Shown here: positions 27,601 to 41,520 of the stretch, piece after piece | How positions within the stretch are numbered: the stretch's first letter is position 1 | Layout: each line of letters opens with the position of its first letter | NCBI GenBank assembly: GCA_036172245.1 | Contig: JAYWIR010000074.1 | Span: forward strand, 62,001-126,000 | Reading direction: 5' to 3' | Length of the DNA: 64,000 nucleotides | Origin: Raillietiella orientalis | Taxonomy: Eukaryota | Position numbers and translations under genes: made by a program | Notes under the pieces: generated by a model | Seen by the model: only the letters and a program-made list of their open reading frames with translations | Told to the model about the DNA's origin: nothing | Databases searched by the model: none

Positions 27601-29530
27601 TACTTCGAATTTCGAGGATTTTCATTGCACAGTTTCCAGTGAACTTCCGAAATTTCAAGTGATCCCAGTTCTCGTGGGGATTAAGACTGTTTGCGGCAGG
27701 CATGCTGATTGCCAAGAAAAGAACTGAGGCCTGCAGAAGCAGCTGAAACGCGTCATTTATCTCTTTGCAAAGTCTTCTAACATGTTGCATGAACCATGGA
27801 AGGATTTACGATACGGGTTACCAAAAGAACCCAATTGCCATGCACCCACCTCGATTCCCTACGCGCGTGGGAGTCTTCGACGGAGGCGTAGAACCTTTAT
27901 TCGCATAGCAGCCAAGCGTTTGCACCTCAGCAACGCAAGGATTTCAGCTAAGACATGCACTTTTTCGTCCCTGCACTTCGGAGTCTCCTACGAACCCATC
28001 CCGAGATGCACCTTCCTCACAGAAGCCTTCCCATGTTTTGCGTTTCACTGGTAAGGCGTTTCGAGCATCGGACTGCTTGGCTATGAATCTGCTTGTCGTG
28101 ATGGCTTACCTTCTTCAGTATTGGTCCCGTGAGTGCACCTTCGACATTAGCCACAGACATCAATAAGAAACGCCCTTAAACACACTTCTAGCTCATGGTG
28201 ATGCAAGAGATTAACAAAGATGAGGTTAGCCCGCATCTCACGGTGCTACCTCTGAGTAGTGGCAACGCGCGCGCCGCGGATCGAGAAACGCTTTGGAGAA
28301 CCAATCCACAAATAAGGACCGAGCTGTCACCTGTAACGAATCGCGGTTGGCAACCCTGAAAGTAGGAGCCTCCGACTGTGCAAGCATCCCAAGATGCAGG
28401 CCGAAGAGCATGGATTCGCTTTCATTGTGTCGTTCAGGAGGGAAGGAGGAGGACAAGCAGTCAACCAGCCGAAGCTGCGCTCCCATGCGCTCGTTGCTCT
28501 GAAGAGTGGCCAGGAGGCTTTTTTCCGTCCGCCTGACTGAAGAGTAAGGAATACGGAAGGCTCTTACCATGTGCATCCTGAGAAGAAACATTTTGTTTGA
28601 TTTCTTGTGCATTGCCAACAGATGCCTACTGTACACTCCGATGAAGCAGCAAGACGCCACGTACACTGGAAAGGTGAACTGAGAAGTAAGAGCTGTTTCC
28701 AGAGAATAAATGAAGATTTCGCCGATGTACAAGTGTTTCCGGCTACACGATTAGGTCACCTCATATGCAGTTATCGCGAAATGCATAAACCTGGACGCAA
28801 GTGCTGGAAAAAAAAAACAGGCATCATCTTCACAGATGTCAATCACATTTTCTAAGATTTGTTTGTTCTTTGTTGGAGAGAATTCTCGCAAATGTTTCAG
28901 GTCCACAGCTGCATTTTGCTGCGCAGTTGGTCAACATTTATATTAGCGTGGTCTATGCACAGCACTGTTCTCACACGTTCCGTGAAAGCAGCACCTCATT
29001 CACAGCACTCCCGAATAGAAGGTGAGCAGCGGACGAGGGGATTTCTCCCTTACGTAGAGAGAACATATGTTTTCCAGATATGCGTATTTTGTGGTGCATC
29101 ACATAGATTTTAAAGATTTTACTGTTTCGGAATTACTTTAGCAGATTTGCTTCGCTGAATGAGATTCCGGTGAAAGAAGCGAATCAGTCCGTATTGGGAT
29201 CCGCTTCCTTTGTGCCCTCATGCAGTTTCTTTAAAGATATCGTAATGTTCTTCGAAGCATACAGTCTTACAAGCAAATCATTCTACTGTGAGGCCTTACG
29301 TTCGAAGGAGTCCTTCGTTCTTCTAGCTCTTGCTGAGCCAGGTCTCCTTTGAATAGTAGCAGACCAAGTGCTGCGCAGACCGAAGTGATAAATACCTTCT
29401 CCGTCGGGACTTCCGTCGATGGATTGATGATTCTTCTCGATGACCATAGACCTCTCATGTTTGTTTGTTTTTTCTTCCACCACTTAGGCAAAAGCTTTTC
29501 ACAGTCCGGCCTGCGCTAAGAGAAACACGT

Positions 29531-29977
29531 TCAGCCGGTGGGGTAGTGGTTCTTCCGAATGGAGGGAGGTGCGGAAAGAGCTAAGAGCCGAGGAGCGGGG
29601 GAGCTGGAGAACGCTGCAACTCCACATTCTCGGGCAATGGGATACGCTCTGGTGGTTGGGAATGTTGAGTCGTGCTCTATAAGAAGCGCCTTTTCACCAG
29701 GTTGTGCCCGAGACTCCAGCGTGTTTCTCGCCCTCCCTGTGGCCGATCCCCCAGGGTGAGCAACGGCTTTTAATCCAAGAGTGACCACGATAGCGAAAAG
29801 AGGTTTTACATTACGGATGACCCTTGAACGTGAATAGACTCTGATGCAAATTTCAACAGTTGGGCCTGACGGATTCCCTGTAGCAAAAATCGTAACGGAG
29901 ACGTCTCCAGGAGCAGAGGTTGCTACGCCGAGCAGGGATAAAAACATGAGCTCGCTGATTAGAAGTTTTTTGTCCAT
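29531..29977 (-). pseudogene. Possible start of a host secreted-protein gene or pseudogene
   Basis: ATG at 29977 gives MDKKLLISELMFLSLLGVATSA, which resembles a signal peptide; no recognisable domain. Confidence 0.25.
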
Positions 29978-32949
29978 GGGTGCAGCAGTTGCCCATAAAT
30001 ACAAGTAGATATGATTTCTAAATCCTTTCTTATTTTGTTCCTTCAGAAAATTCAACGTTTCCGTGTGCGCTCGACGAATGCTGGTAACGCCTGCAAGCGG
30101 CATCTGGGAAGAGCTATGCAGTGCAAATGTAGTGTTGGTCCACCGCCCACTGGAGAAGCCAATGTTCTAGAAAGGTGAGATGTGACCTATCCTATCCTTA
30201 AGGGCGATTCCGTGTGGATCCATCCGAATTGGGTTTGCTGACGATGTGTGCAAGGTTGTGGACTATCAAATTGTGGTTCTGTTTATGCTATTTTGCGGAA
30301 AACAGGTGCTGTACCAGCCTTTGATTACATTTAGTGGGCTGGAAGGAACACGTACGCGTATAGCAAATAGGTCGTTCATCTTAAAAGTACTAGGCATCAA
30401 CGACGAAATCAAAGAGATGTGGTAGGTGGTCAGGCCTAATGTTGTACACTCTGCAAGGTCACGGGAAACGAACATCAGTCGTACTCGCTGCGGTCAAGCT
30501 GCGATAATCTGGCATTTGCAGGCAAACTCTTGCAAGAGAAAAGGGTCCACACGTACAGCCACAACTTCCCGCAAAAAGAACGCGAGCACAAAAAAGGGAC
30601 TCGCCCTCACATCGTCTAAAGAATCGGAAGATGCAACGGATGCTTCCGGCTTACCTAGGAGGCAAACAGACTTCGGGAAGCGAACTGCCTCAAGAAAGTG
30701 ACGCACCAAATTCCGTAATACAGAAGTCTTCCAGAAAGAGCATTGCATACAAAGAAAATGGTGCCATGAAGAAGACAAAGGAATAAAGTGAACTGCGTGC
30801 AATGCGGGCAGAAACGGTCAACACGATGGCTAGGCAGGAAACCAAATAACGAGACTACTGATATATTTGTCCTTGCACGCAAAGTTCTGAGAGCTGGTTC
30901 TGCCGAAGGGAGAAACATCCCTTCGAAAAGGTTTTCACGGGCTCTGGAGCATTTAATCGCCTTACGCGACTTCGTATTTAAGTACTTTAGAACGACAAAA
31001 TCGCTTGCACCGGACCCTTGAGGGTGCTTGAAGGCTCCCAAGGGGAAAATCGTTTTCAGTGACAAAGAGTCGGGAAACGTACGAGTAGCTGACGGAGCGT
31101 ACAAGGAATCGTGTTCGGCCGCAGCCTTGCCTCCTCCGAAGATGAGTCCCTTGCTACTGTTCCTCCAGCGGCTGTGCGACCTACCACCCCACGTGAAAAG
31201 GCGTGCAAGCAGAAGTCTTCTTTGCAAACACACTGATAAGATCAACCGCTGTGTCCATCTTTGACTATCGCTTTCCGATCCATCCAGAGATGTTTTTATT
31301 TGCCTTTTTTTTCTTGCTTTTGTTTCATTTTCTTGCCCCTTATTCCTATGCTGCCGAGGTGAATTTGTGTGCTCTCCGTCCCGACATGTCGGTGGACTTT
31401 GCATGCGAGGAACGTGGCAGAACCGAGCGTGTTGCCATGCTTTGATACGCTTGCTTTTAGAAAAAGGAAAAGTATCCACCCGGGTACAAACCAACGTGAA
31501 TGCAACTCTTTGGAATGCGTGGAGCGTCAGCGGACTACGTGCAAGAGCACCACGTTGTAACTGCAAGCGGGGCACCTCTGGAATTCTTACCTCATTCTCC
31601 TGCAGAAGGTGCATTCTATCTCCATGCAGAGCATTAGCGAGGACCAACAATCCTCAGGTGGAATCCTCTGATGCAAAGTGCGATTTTGCATATATCTTTG
31701 GAGTCGCATGCGTCTTTCCGATCTTCACCTGAGTTGGATGATTCCGCTTGCTGTCTTCGACGAGGAAAGACAGACAAGTCGACGGTCATCCAGAGACCTC
31801 GCGCAATGAACCACATCATAACAAGCGACCACGCTTCATTCTACTGTGTATACTATCAGAACTAGTTTCAATTTCTGGAGGGGTTGAGATGAATATTCAT
31901 TGCAACCAACGCACTCTGGGATGACACCACACGTCAGGGAAAATCCCTTTTCTTTTATCTGCATTCAGACGAAGTCCTTTCTAGGTCTGCTCCAAAAAGT
32001 CAATAAAATATGGGCGGAGGTATACGTCACTATTCCGTGGACAGGGAAGCGGCAAAGGTCCGACTCCTTTTACCAATCATGCCCAGGTGCTTACCTCTGT
32101 TCAGAAATGAGATGACCAGAACAAACAAGGCCTACCCTTGTGAGATCACAACAGCATGAAATTTGATAAGGCAAATGCAAAAAAGAAGACACGCAACATG
32201 TCCGGAGTCCTCATCAGCCATCGGAAAGGTAAGAGGAACTGCGAACCATCCAGAAGGTTTTTTCAATCGATACGGTTATCGATTGAAATCGACCACAATG
32301 ATTCCTTCCCAATGGCATCCTCTGCATAACTCACCGGTTCTGCGGGAAAGAATTCTGTCAGGGAAACTTTTTGCAAGAGGATTGCAGTTTCTGGAGGGCA
32401 GCCCGATGCTGCACGACTCCGGCGAGACAACATCCCTGGCAGACGATGCAGCAGGCCTTCCAGAACCCTGACTGTCAATTCTGTTGTGCGACGAGGCGCG
32501 CAGGTCGCGTGGTAAGGCCGCACTGTGTGCAAGTGCGCCTCTTGATCAGGAATGAGCTATAGGGCAGCTGGAGGAAGCTATGCGCACGCGGACGTTGGAT
32601 GAGGCTTCTAGCCGGCTGGCGCCACCCTTCCCGATCAAACGAATGCAGCGGCCTTTGGAGGTGGACAGGGAAATTTCCTTCCTTGCGCACGAGCTCCCTG
32701 CAGAATTTGCGAAACACTTTGCAGCAGAACTCGCTTACACAGATTGGCGCTAAGGATCGGGAGACGGGCAAAACACCTGGCTCGTAGTCATCAGCCAGCT
32801 TTCCACTGTTTACGAAAAAGAACGCCCGGGACTGCTTGAGCAGCCTCCGCTTCACATCTCAGTCGTTAACACTGACAATTCACTCTGCTGCCTACTTCGC
32901 ACTGAGCTCAGTGCTAAGTAGGCAACAAAAAGCGGGCTAAAGACTCCTA

Positions 32950-33560
32950 CAGGGGATTAATACTAGGTGCACATAGAGTTCCCGTGTTCCAATTGTAGAA
33001 TTGTGTGTTGCGCGCTGGAATGGTGGACACAGTATACTTACGCTGGAGAGATTGGAGCTTCAGCTTGAGTTCAGAGAGCTTGCCTTTGTGGTGAAGTAAA
33101 GGACCACGCCTTGGTGAGCACAGTAAGAAGTGTCTCTCTGGAAGAGCGCCCTCATGCAATGTACTTTCGCCGATTCCCGTACGAAGGAGATTATTTTGAG
33201 GTTATGCGGCCATCAGCTGATGCAAATGGTTTCTTTGATTCAAGAGAACACCTGAATCTCCCTAATTTTCGCCAACTGCACTGCCATGATCCACGAAACA
33301 GTTTCGGTGTGCGAAAAGATTTACGGCTGTAGCGGGTTGGATACGCCTGGATCCGGAAAAAGAGGCGCTGTCGACAGCCAACACAGGAAATGGGATGCTT
33401 AGCCCACGCAAGCTGCTGCGGATCTCGTTTACACCACTTGTTGCAGAGCTGCGCTCCCTAATCTCGAGTGGTGCTACTCAAGTACCAAAGTGGGAAGTAG
33501 CCTGCCTCCTTTAAAGGAGGAAGAAACTGCACGAAGCGGGACGAGTGGCGTCTTCAGTGG
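32950..33560 (+). mobile_element. Heavily decayed famA LINE relic in the spacer
   Basis: PRVPIVELCVARWNGGHSILTLERLELQLEFRELA, HQLMQMVSLIQENT*IS and SPRKLLRISFTPL align with element A. Confidence 0.8.
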
Positions 33561-36500
33561 CAGCGGCTGGGCGCATGGGGCGATGATCGCAGCTCTCTGG
33601 CGCCTACTCGGCTCTCCTTTCTGGTTGACTCATTCAGATCAATCCGAAGTGGTGGGTATGTCATCAGGTTATCCATTCAGCTGTTTCCTCGAGTTGCATT
33701 AAACAGTTGCGAAGTTCATGGAAAGATTTATGTACATCGAAAACAGAATTCGTTTCAGTCATCGGGTGAACAGAGGGTGAACAGCAGAAGATTTAAACGC
33801 GATCTCATAGAGGATGAATTGCATTTCATTTCAGAAGTTAACATAAAACTGAGTGCAGCATACGAACCTTTTACTCCTGGTCATCCTTTACTTCGCAACG
33901 AGGAGCTAGAAGGCTGGCTGCCTCGAGGTGGTGTGCCCATGTCACTGCAAGTCTGCGAGTGAGACGTAAAAAAGTGGGCGATTCGGACTCCAACACTTCT
34001 TCCCCTAGCCGAGTGCTTCTCTTCAAACGGTTCACTTATAAGCATCTCCTGAGTCTGCTTTTTACAGTGGACTTCTTGCAAGAAACAATCGCGAGCCCCA
34101 TGGACCCCGCATTAAAAAGGGGACACCGCAAAAACCGAGCTTTGTAATTGCGGCATCCAGGAATTCGTCTTGCTTCCATGATTACACCAGAGGGGAAAAA
34201 TTGGATAATATCGTGTTTACACTGCAGTGCTGAATTGAGTATACGCTTCGCATGATAATTCATTTAAGAAGCTGTGATTCTTGGAAAGAAAGAGGAACTG
34301 CCCAAGAAAACTTCATGAAACGCTGCATCAATCCCTCTTAAGTACGCATCAACACTTCGCCAAAAGGGAACATGAAATACACGATTCAGATTCTGCTGAA
34401 ACATTACTCGCAAATGTGAACCTGGAAATGGATTTCTCAAATGATCTCTTGAGAAACACATACAAGTAGGTCTGTATGCATTCTGAAGACGAATGAGCGC
34501 TTTTTGCTGCATTTGCTCACTTGCAAACGTATCCGTGATTCTCACGCAAGAAGTACTGTAAACAGAATGCACCCTCGTAAGTGTTAGCACATAGCAATAC
34601 AAGATTCCAATGCGAGCAAAGAAAATCATTAATGTGGTCATTGGTTGCCTCGTGAATGATTATTGAATTCGCGTATCGGGGTTTCGCAGCATGCTAGTCG
34701 TGAAGAGTCCTATAAAGTGTTCCGACGCGATAGGCGGAATCATGATATGTCCTAAAGGTGGGATTCCCATTTGGATGGTTTGTGAAGACAACGACGAAAT
34801 AAAGACTTCCGAGAAGAAGCATTCGGAGACATGAAAAATTTCAATTTCGTAGTCGCAAAGGAACGAACACTTAGACGGATGCGCAAGGATGCATTGTCAC
34901 ACCAAAAAGAAAGAACGCATGGATTCCGTTTTCCACGAGAACTGCACGTTCCTATTTCCCGTCAAAATGAAAACGTCGTTCCAGAAGAAACTTTGGTTCG
35001 CTCCAAAGCACATGAAATCCTTCAACGGTAGCGAATCGATCACCTCCGAACTCGAAAGGACATGTGGAAAGGAATTTCGAGGCTTCAGGGTGCTTCCATG
35101 GATAGGTATCAGCATTACGAGCGTTTGCGTGTCAATTGAAGAGCCACAATGGTAAATCCAGAAACGGTAAAGAGTAGGATATGCGACGTAATCTTAATTG
35201 GGATACACAGTCAAGTGCCTTCACTCTGTCAGTGCCTGCTCTTCTTGATCTCTTCTGGTGAGACGGAAATTGACCTTTCAGTATGCTGTTGTCGTAGAAA
35301 TGCACGCTCCCCTTGATCGCGGACAGTGACGCAGATTTATGCGGACGTCTTTTCAAAGAATAGAAAATGCAGTGCGCGCGAGTTCATTGTTCATGGAAAT
35401 ATGCACACGTTCCTATGCATCTTCCTCATCCGGAATCCATGCGCACACAAGAAGCAGTCTCATCATGAGGACGGGAAGCGGAGGGAAGGAGAACCGAAGA
35501 ATGGAAACGCGCGGTGTTCGAAACGCGTGCAGCGAGTGAAAATGAAAGAGAGCAAGAAGGAAAGTCGGAGTAGAAAAATGGCAGAAAGACGCAACACCGG
35601 GATGATTAAGGGTTAATGACAAGGGCGACGGAGGAAGAGGCAAAATGGAGAGTGAGAATGGTTTGTGTATAGCAGCACATTGGAATGGAAAAAAGAAGAA
35701 GGAAGAAAGCCAGGAGGAGAACGAAGAAGGAATGGAAAGGTGAACACAAGAAAAAGGACAGTGTTTGGAACGATCACGATAGTCGGGTGAGGGAAGGAAG
35801 GAATAACGTATGCAAATGACATAAGGGAGGGGAAGATCATGAATGAGCTAATCCGCTGTGGAGCGTGGGTGGGACGAGGGCGAAGGGATGCTGAGGCTGT
35901 AGAAGTAAGTAAAATGACGGTGATGGAGACGCAAAGAGAAAAGGAACACCGAGAACTCTAACCAAACTTACACCGAATAAGATCCAAAAGATCCGAGGTA
36001 TGCGGGCTTGTGGATGTCTGTAAAAGTGAAGATTACGAGTTGCGTACGAGCGAGCAGAGCGACGTGTATCCTGAGAAAAAAAAAAGGTGCGCGCACGCAA
36101 TGAAGAAAGAGGGCTGCTTGCCTTCCTTATACATTCGCGTACTTTGAATTCAGTAGCGCACGCCTCTCCGAAGTGACCCGTCAACTTGCATTTGTTTTTC
36201 ACACTTCGCAACGTTTTCGCCGCGCGGACAAGCGCGCGCTTGGTAGCACAAATCGGAATGTACATCAGGTGGATTCTCGAGAACGAAGTTCGTGTGCTTC
36301 TCGTGGATGCTTACGAAATCAACGGTCAGTGCCACAGACAGCTGGAACCAGAGTTTCTGCTTACAAACCGAGATCTCAGAAAGATCATGGGAAACAGATG
36401 ATGCGAATTCTCCTGTTGCCACGAAAGCGGAAAAATAGATGGAATTATATTTAGGGAGGCGCATGTTGCAAGCATCACGAAAGATGAACGTCCATTCGAT

Positions 36501-39310
36501 GAGTGCTCAGGCATACCCATGGCCACTCCGGTAAATCAGCATGCAAGATAATTCTCTTGCGAACGTCAACAAACGAAAAGATAGAATCACTGTGAACGAC
36601 AAGGCAGAAAAGGAAAATATGTAGAGCTGCTCGCACACGCTTTTACGTTGGATGCACCCACATGGATTCTAGAATCCGGTAATCAGGGCATTCATAAGTG
36701 CAGCAATCTCCAAAAGATGACGGTTGCTGTTTCTTGTAACCCTCCTCTTCCCGGTAAAACCATTACGTTAGAAGCAGTTCCAGTTGTCGATCACTAGATA
36801 AGGCAGCAATGCAAAGGAAGAGTAGAAGATGAAGGAGGAGGATGTAGAGGAGAATAAAAATGGGGGAGATCTGGCAGAGTGAAAGAGATGGACGGTGTAT
36901 GGAAAAGGAAAAGAAGAAGCGTACTAAAAGAAAGAGAGGGAGTAAAAGGATTGCTTACGTACAAAGAGGAGTAGAGGATGAATCAGAAATTAAACAAAGA
37001 GGGTAAATGAAAAATAAGAATTCATAAAATTCTGCACATCGAAACGAAGAAAGAGGCTGTTGAGACAAATGGGACTTCAAGTTGAATAACGCCTCTAAGT
37101 AGACGCAAAGTGCAGAAGCTTCTCTTTAGACATCAGATGGTAGGTGGACATGAGACGTCAAAACTATGAAAGCTTCCTGCCATAAAGGAGAATCGTACGC
37201 TCCCAATGAAGTAACAGTGCTTCTCTCGTTACTTTTTGGTTTCACAATTTTGTTTTAGTGGTTTCCAGAGGAAGAAGTTGGACGAATACCTAAAATGCAG
37301 GTTGAACTGGATCCCAGGGAAAGACATAGAAGCGCTCTCCACAGTTCCCATATTATCCAAAGATTTCGTGCAGGAAGCACCAGGGGATTTAGAAAGCGAT
37401 GTTACGGCGTTACAAGCTATACGAGGGTCTCATTCTACTTCAGGAAGTCATCCCGCACTACAAAAGCTTGGGAATGTCAATTTCCTCCGAGTAGATATCG
37501 AGCTGCCCAATTTGAGACGATCCAGCCACACGTCGCGATCCAGCAGTCCATCCCAGAGACCTTAGCAAGAAGATGCAGATTGGATGCGCATCTTTGAGGT
37601 CAATCAGCCAAGATCAGTTTCTCCAGGCTAAGAACAACAAGCTTTAAGAAACCTGCCTACCTTACTTTTCCTGGTCCTGGCGACAAGATGCTGTCTTCTC
37701 TATGTCTACTGATGCCCGATTTCGAAGACGTTCAGACCAAATTGGATGAAGAGACCGTACCTCTTCTCTCGTGCTCGTTTTGGTCCTCCACTGGTGGACT
37801 GAGGTGCGGATGTCGCGGACTATAGAGACATCTATTTGTCTGTGCGTGAGCGGTCAGCCGACGAAACCATCAGTTGCAGCCCACTCGCAAGTCTTGTCGA
37901 TCTCGTCGTTTCCTGGATCGCAACGACTGTCAGGTGATTGCATCCGGCTTCTGCGTTCGCCACGTCCACTTCTCCTGCCAGCGACCAGTCCGAAGAGTTC
38001 GATCAACGGTAATATAGAGGTACTTGCAGATTCTGGGAAGGCTCCTGGGGATGCGTTTTGCTGCTGAGACTGCTCCTTTTGCCTTAACGCATCCAACCAG
38101 CTAAGGAGGACGGAAAGGGAAATGTACAAGTGGGTAGAATTTGAAGGAATATTTTTTTTCGCGAATGCTTCTTATTTTTTCGAGGCTGCTTTCGAAATGA
38201 AAAAACAGCCGCAGCAAACAAACAGAGGTTTGAACGAGGGATGCGCTTTTCGAGGTGTGGAGACGGCTGGTGGGTCTTAAACGCAGAACTTGTAGTCTTA
38301 AATTCTTTCTGGCTTGCCATGGACTGCTATTATCTTCGCTTCCTTCGTTTTCCAAGAAATCAAATCGTCTTCGCTCTTGTGTTTCCTTCCTCCATCTACA
38401 CGTAAAAGCTACCCCTGCCTGCACGGCAAGAGCCCTGTGCAAGAACCGTGCGTTCCTTGAAGGGAAGATCATAAAAAACAAAGGAACTCGCAAAGCCTGT
38501 TTTTTACCCTTTTGTCTCACTGTTATTTTCACTCACGCCTTGCTAAGGAGGGACTTTCAAAAACATTTTCCAAAGACATGTTTCCTTCTTTTATTTCCTG
38601 GTCGCTGGCGTGCTTGGAAGGAGACCTTCTCAGCCTGGATCGGCGTCGACTGACAAGTGGCGCTTTTGAAATTCGCATCCCTCATATAAAATAAAACCCT
38701 CGCTGTGTGGCCTCTATACTGCGTGTGTTGCAAAACAAATAGAAGAAAATGCAAAGGAAATAGAACGAGTTGGGGCACGAAATCCCGTGAAGCGTCCACT
38801 TTCCTTTCTTCCTCATTCCCTTCTTCTGTTCCTTGTATTCACAGTCCATTCCTTTCATCGTTTTCTTTCTCAACTTCTTCTTTTTCTTTCCTGCGAGTCC
38901 TTCTAGATTACTATTACTTCTCCTAAATTACTATTAGTCTTGTCCTCTTCCTCCCCTCATTCTTGCGTTCTCTCCTTGCTTCCCCACCGTCGTCCTCTAT
39001 CTACCTCTCTTGGTTCCCCCTTCTCTCGATTGCCCTTTTCTGCTTCCCAATCCTTTTCTACAACAGCAGCACCCCTCATGGAATCCTATCTGCATCATGC
39101 GCCTGTAGCAGACCTTTCCTTTCCCGCCTTAGATCATGCAACGCGATTAAAGGAAGCGCAGCCTTCTGCATCCTGGGCGCTCGCTCTGAAAATGGAAATT
39201 CATGAGAAGCGCGCACTGACCCGGGCACGCTGATGACATGATATTTGCCGGGAAAGACGGCATGGAGACGGCCTTCATGCTCATCCTAGACCGACGGAGA
39301 CTAAGCAGCT

Positions 39311-39342
39311 AAAATCCGGCTTTAGGACTAAAGCCGGATTTT
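39311..39342. repeat. Perfect 15-bp inverted repeat with a 2-nt spacer
   Basis: aaaatccggctttag-ga-ctaaagccggatttt. Confidence 0.95.
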
Positions 39343-40713
39343 CAGGAGAGCTCGACGTTCTGTAATTCGTCTTGGGCTGAAAAATGTTGCGTTTAACGAC
39401 GTGATTGGTCCAGCATGCGGGATGAGTTGAATCCTTGAGGCATCACGTTCCCACGGAGGGGTCCAATCAGCGTGCGGCAGGAGGAGCAGCAATGTTCCCG
39501 CAGAAGTCTCCCCCGGTTCTCCTCCCCACTTGCGTGCATCTCAGCTGCAAATGCACGAGAAACGCGCGGGGAGTTCCTTGCGTGGCTCACTGTAAAGCAG
39601 CCCCCGACCACTCGCCAGATTTGTTCCGGTGCGCATGCGCGTGTTGCGCCGAGGAAGAACGTGCTTGCAGAGCGATTTCCAAGCCCGGATTCGTGGTCTT
39701 CCAGCGGTTTGGCAGGTGATATTTCGATAAGCCTCAGAGTGTGCATTAGCAATTCATTTTCGAAATTTCTTCGTCTTCAATGCAAAAGTTCACGCGCTGG
39801 AAGCTCATCCCCTTGGCACTTAACGAACGAGTCCACAGTTTCGAAACTTGCCAGTCTGTAGACCAAATCAGTCAGCGATAGCACTCTTCAAGCTCTCTGT
39901 TTATGCACCTGAGATGTTTAGGATAATAAAAGCGCAGCTCCGCCATCGTGGGACGAGTGACCAACGTTGCAGTGTTCTTGATAATGATAGTGTCCAGGCT
40001 GCAGTGACGCTGCATGCTGATTGGTTTTTGAAACTCCACATGGATAGACTTCGTCTGTCAATTGAAATAAACGTAGGAATATATAAACAAGAAAATTGTT
40101 TTCGCGTGGCTGAGCACCTTGGCTCACATATTTGTAAACCGTGTCAACATTCTACTAGGACTCCAGCCCTGAGCCCTTAAAGGCGACGTACAGTTCCGAA
40201 AGAAGGAATCTTGGAGCAACACCAGGAAATGTCGTCTGATACTCTTTCTAATTTTTAGATGGTCTTGCAGATCATTTGGAAGCAACAATCACGCGAAGTA
40301 CACGAAGCTGAATACGTTTTGAAAACCAACCCGTGCTTAGGTCGTCATCAGAGGGTGCAGGTCAGATTGCAGGAAGAATTTCGTGATCGAGAATCTACAG
40401 ATCTTCCCAACGAGCAATCGTTAAAATGCTAAACACAGTGAAGACGTCTGTCTGAGATTGTGTGCACTATCTGCTCCGAATAGCAATGTCTGTAGAAAGC
40501 AGAGAAGTGCCTCATATCCCGACAACCTGGCCAAATGAAACACAAGACAACAACAGAAGCAATAAAAGAACATCCGAAGACTATGTAGAAGTGGAATGCG
40601 CTGACACGTGCAACAAGATTACTCGGAAAGACGCGAACTCTATGGTGTTTGTTTAGTAGACCATGTCTTAAAACATAGCATCCTTATGAAGAAGAAATAG
40701 GAGATCCTAAACA

Positions 40714-41520
40714 GATGCGCGCTCTCGATGTGAAAGAGGAGGAGCTCAGCGCTATGACCATCCGCAGCGGAGGTCAGTACGTTGAGGTCATCTGCAAACA
40801 AGCAGAGCTGGACCAACGACTGCTAAAAACCCCTGTGGTGATAAGGACGCGCAGGTTCCTCCCTATTACGGCGGACCGCAGCATGGTGGTCCACCTGTTA
40901 GGTGTTACCGCGCGGATGCGCAAGGAACAGGTTCCCGCCGCGTTGGAGGAATACGGAACGGTCCACGCGCAGTGGACGAAAGTTAGTCCTTTCGAGGACT
41001 ACACGGAGCTGCAACACATCCTCACTGCTGCGCGCGTGACCGTTCGGGAGGGCTGCACTCATCCCCACAAACTGGTGGTCGAAGGCGGAACCGTCGACCT
41101 CTGGTATGTGGGGAAGCCGAAATACTGTGGCTTCTGCAATACGTCGGGCCACCTCAAAAAGAGGTGTCCCAATGTGCAGTGCCAAGTATGCGGAACTATG
41201 GGACACACGAAGGAGGTGTGCCCTAAAGCAGCAGTGCGGGTGGTTTCTAAGAGAAAAATTAAAAAACGTGCCCGGCTTCTGCAGAAAAGGCTGGCGGCGA
41301 AAGCTACCGCGAAGGCTGTGCCACCCGCGCCCAAGGCCCAGGTCGCACCCTAGACCCCGGCGAACAACGCCGAACAAGTCGAGGGAACTAGCCAGGAGCC
41401 TGGGTGGCAGGTGGCTACGGCCAAAAAATCAAAGAAGAAGAGGAGGATGGAGAAAAAGCTCGCGTACCGCCAGAAAAAACAGCAGGCAAGCGAGCAAATT
41501 AAAAAATGCAGCGTTGTCGT
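40714..41520 (+). mobile_element. Element Q (famD, N-type ORF1): ORF1 fragment, outermost element of the right cluster
   Basis: ORF 40715..41353 has CGFCNTSGHLKKRC and CQVCGTMGHTKEVC; closely matches N 56873-57675. Confidence 0.93.

Noticed and set aside
30655..31650. 331-aa ORF in the spacer as a host gene
   Set aside because: Non-ATG start, no recognisable motif and composition unlike a real protein; a spliced gene cannot be excluded without RNA data
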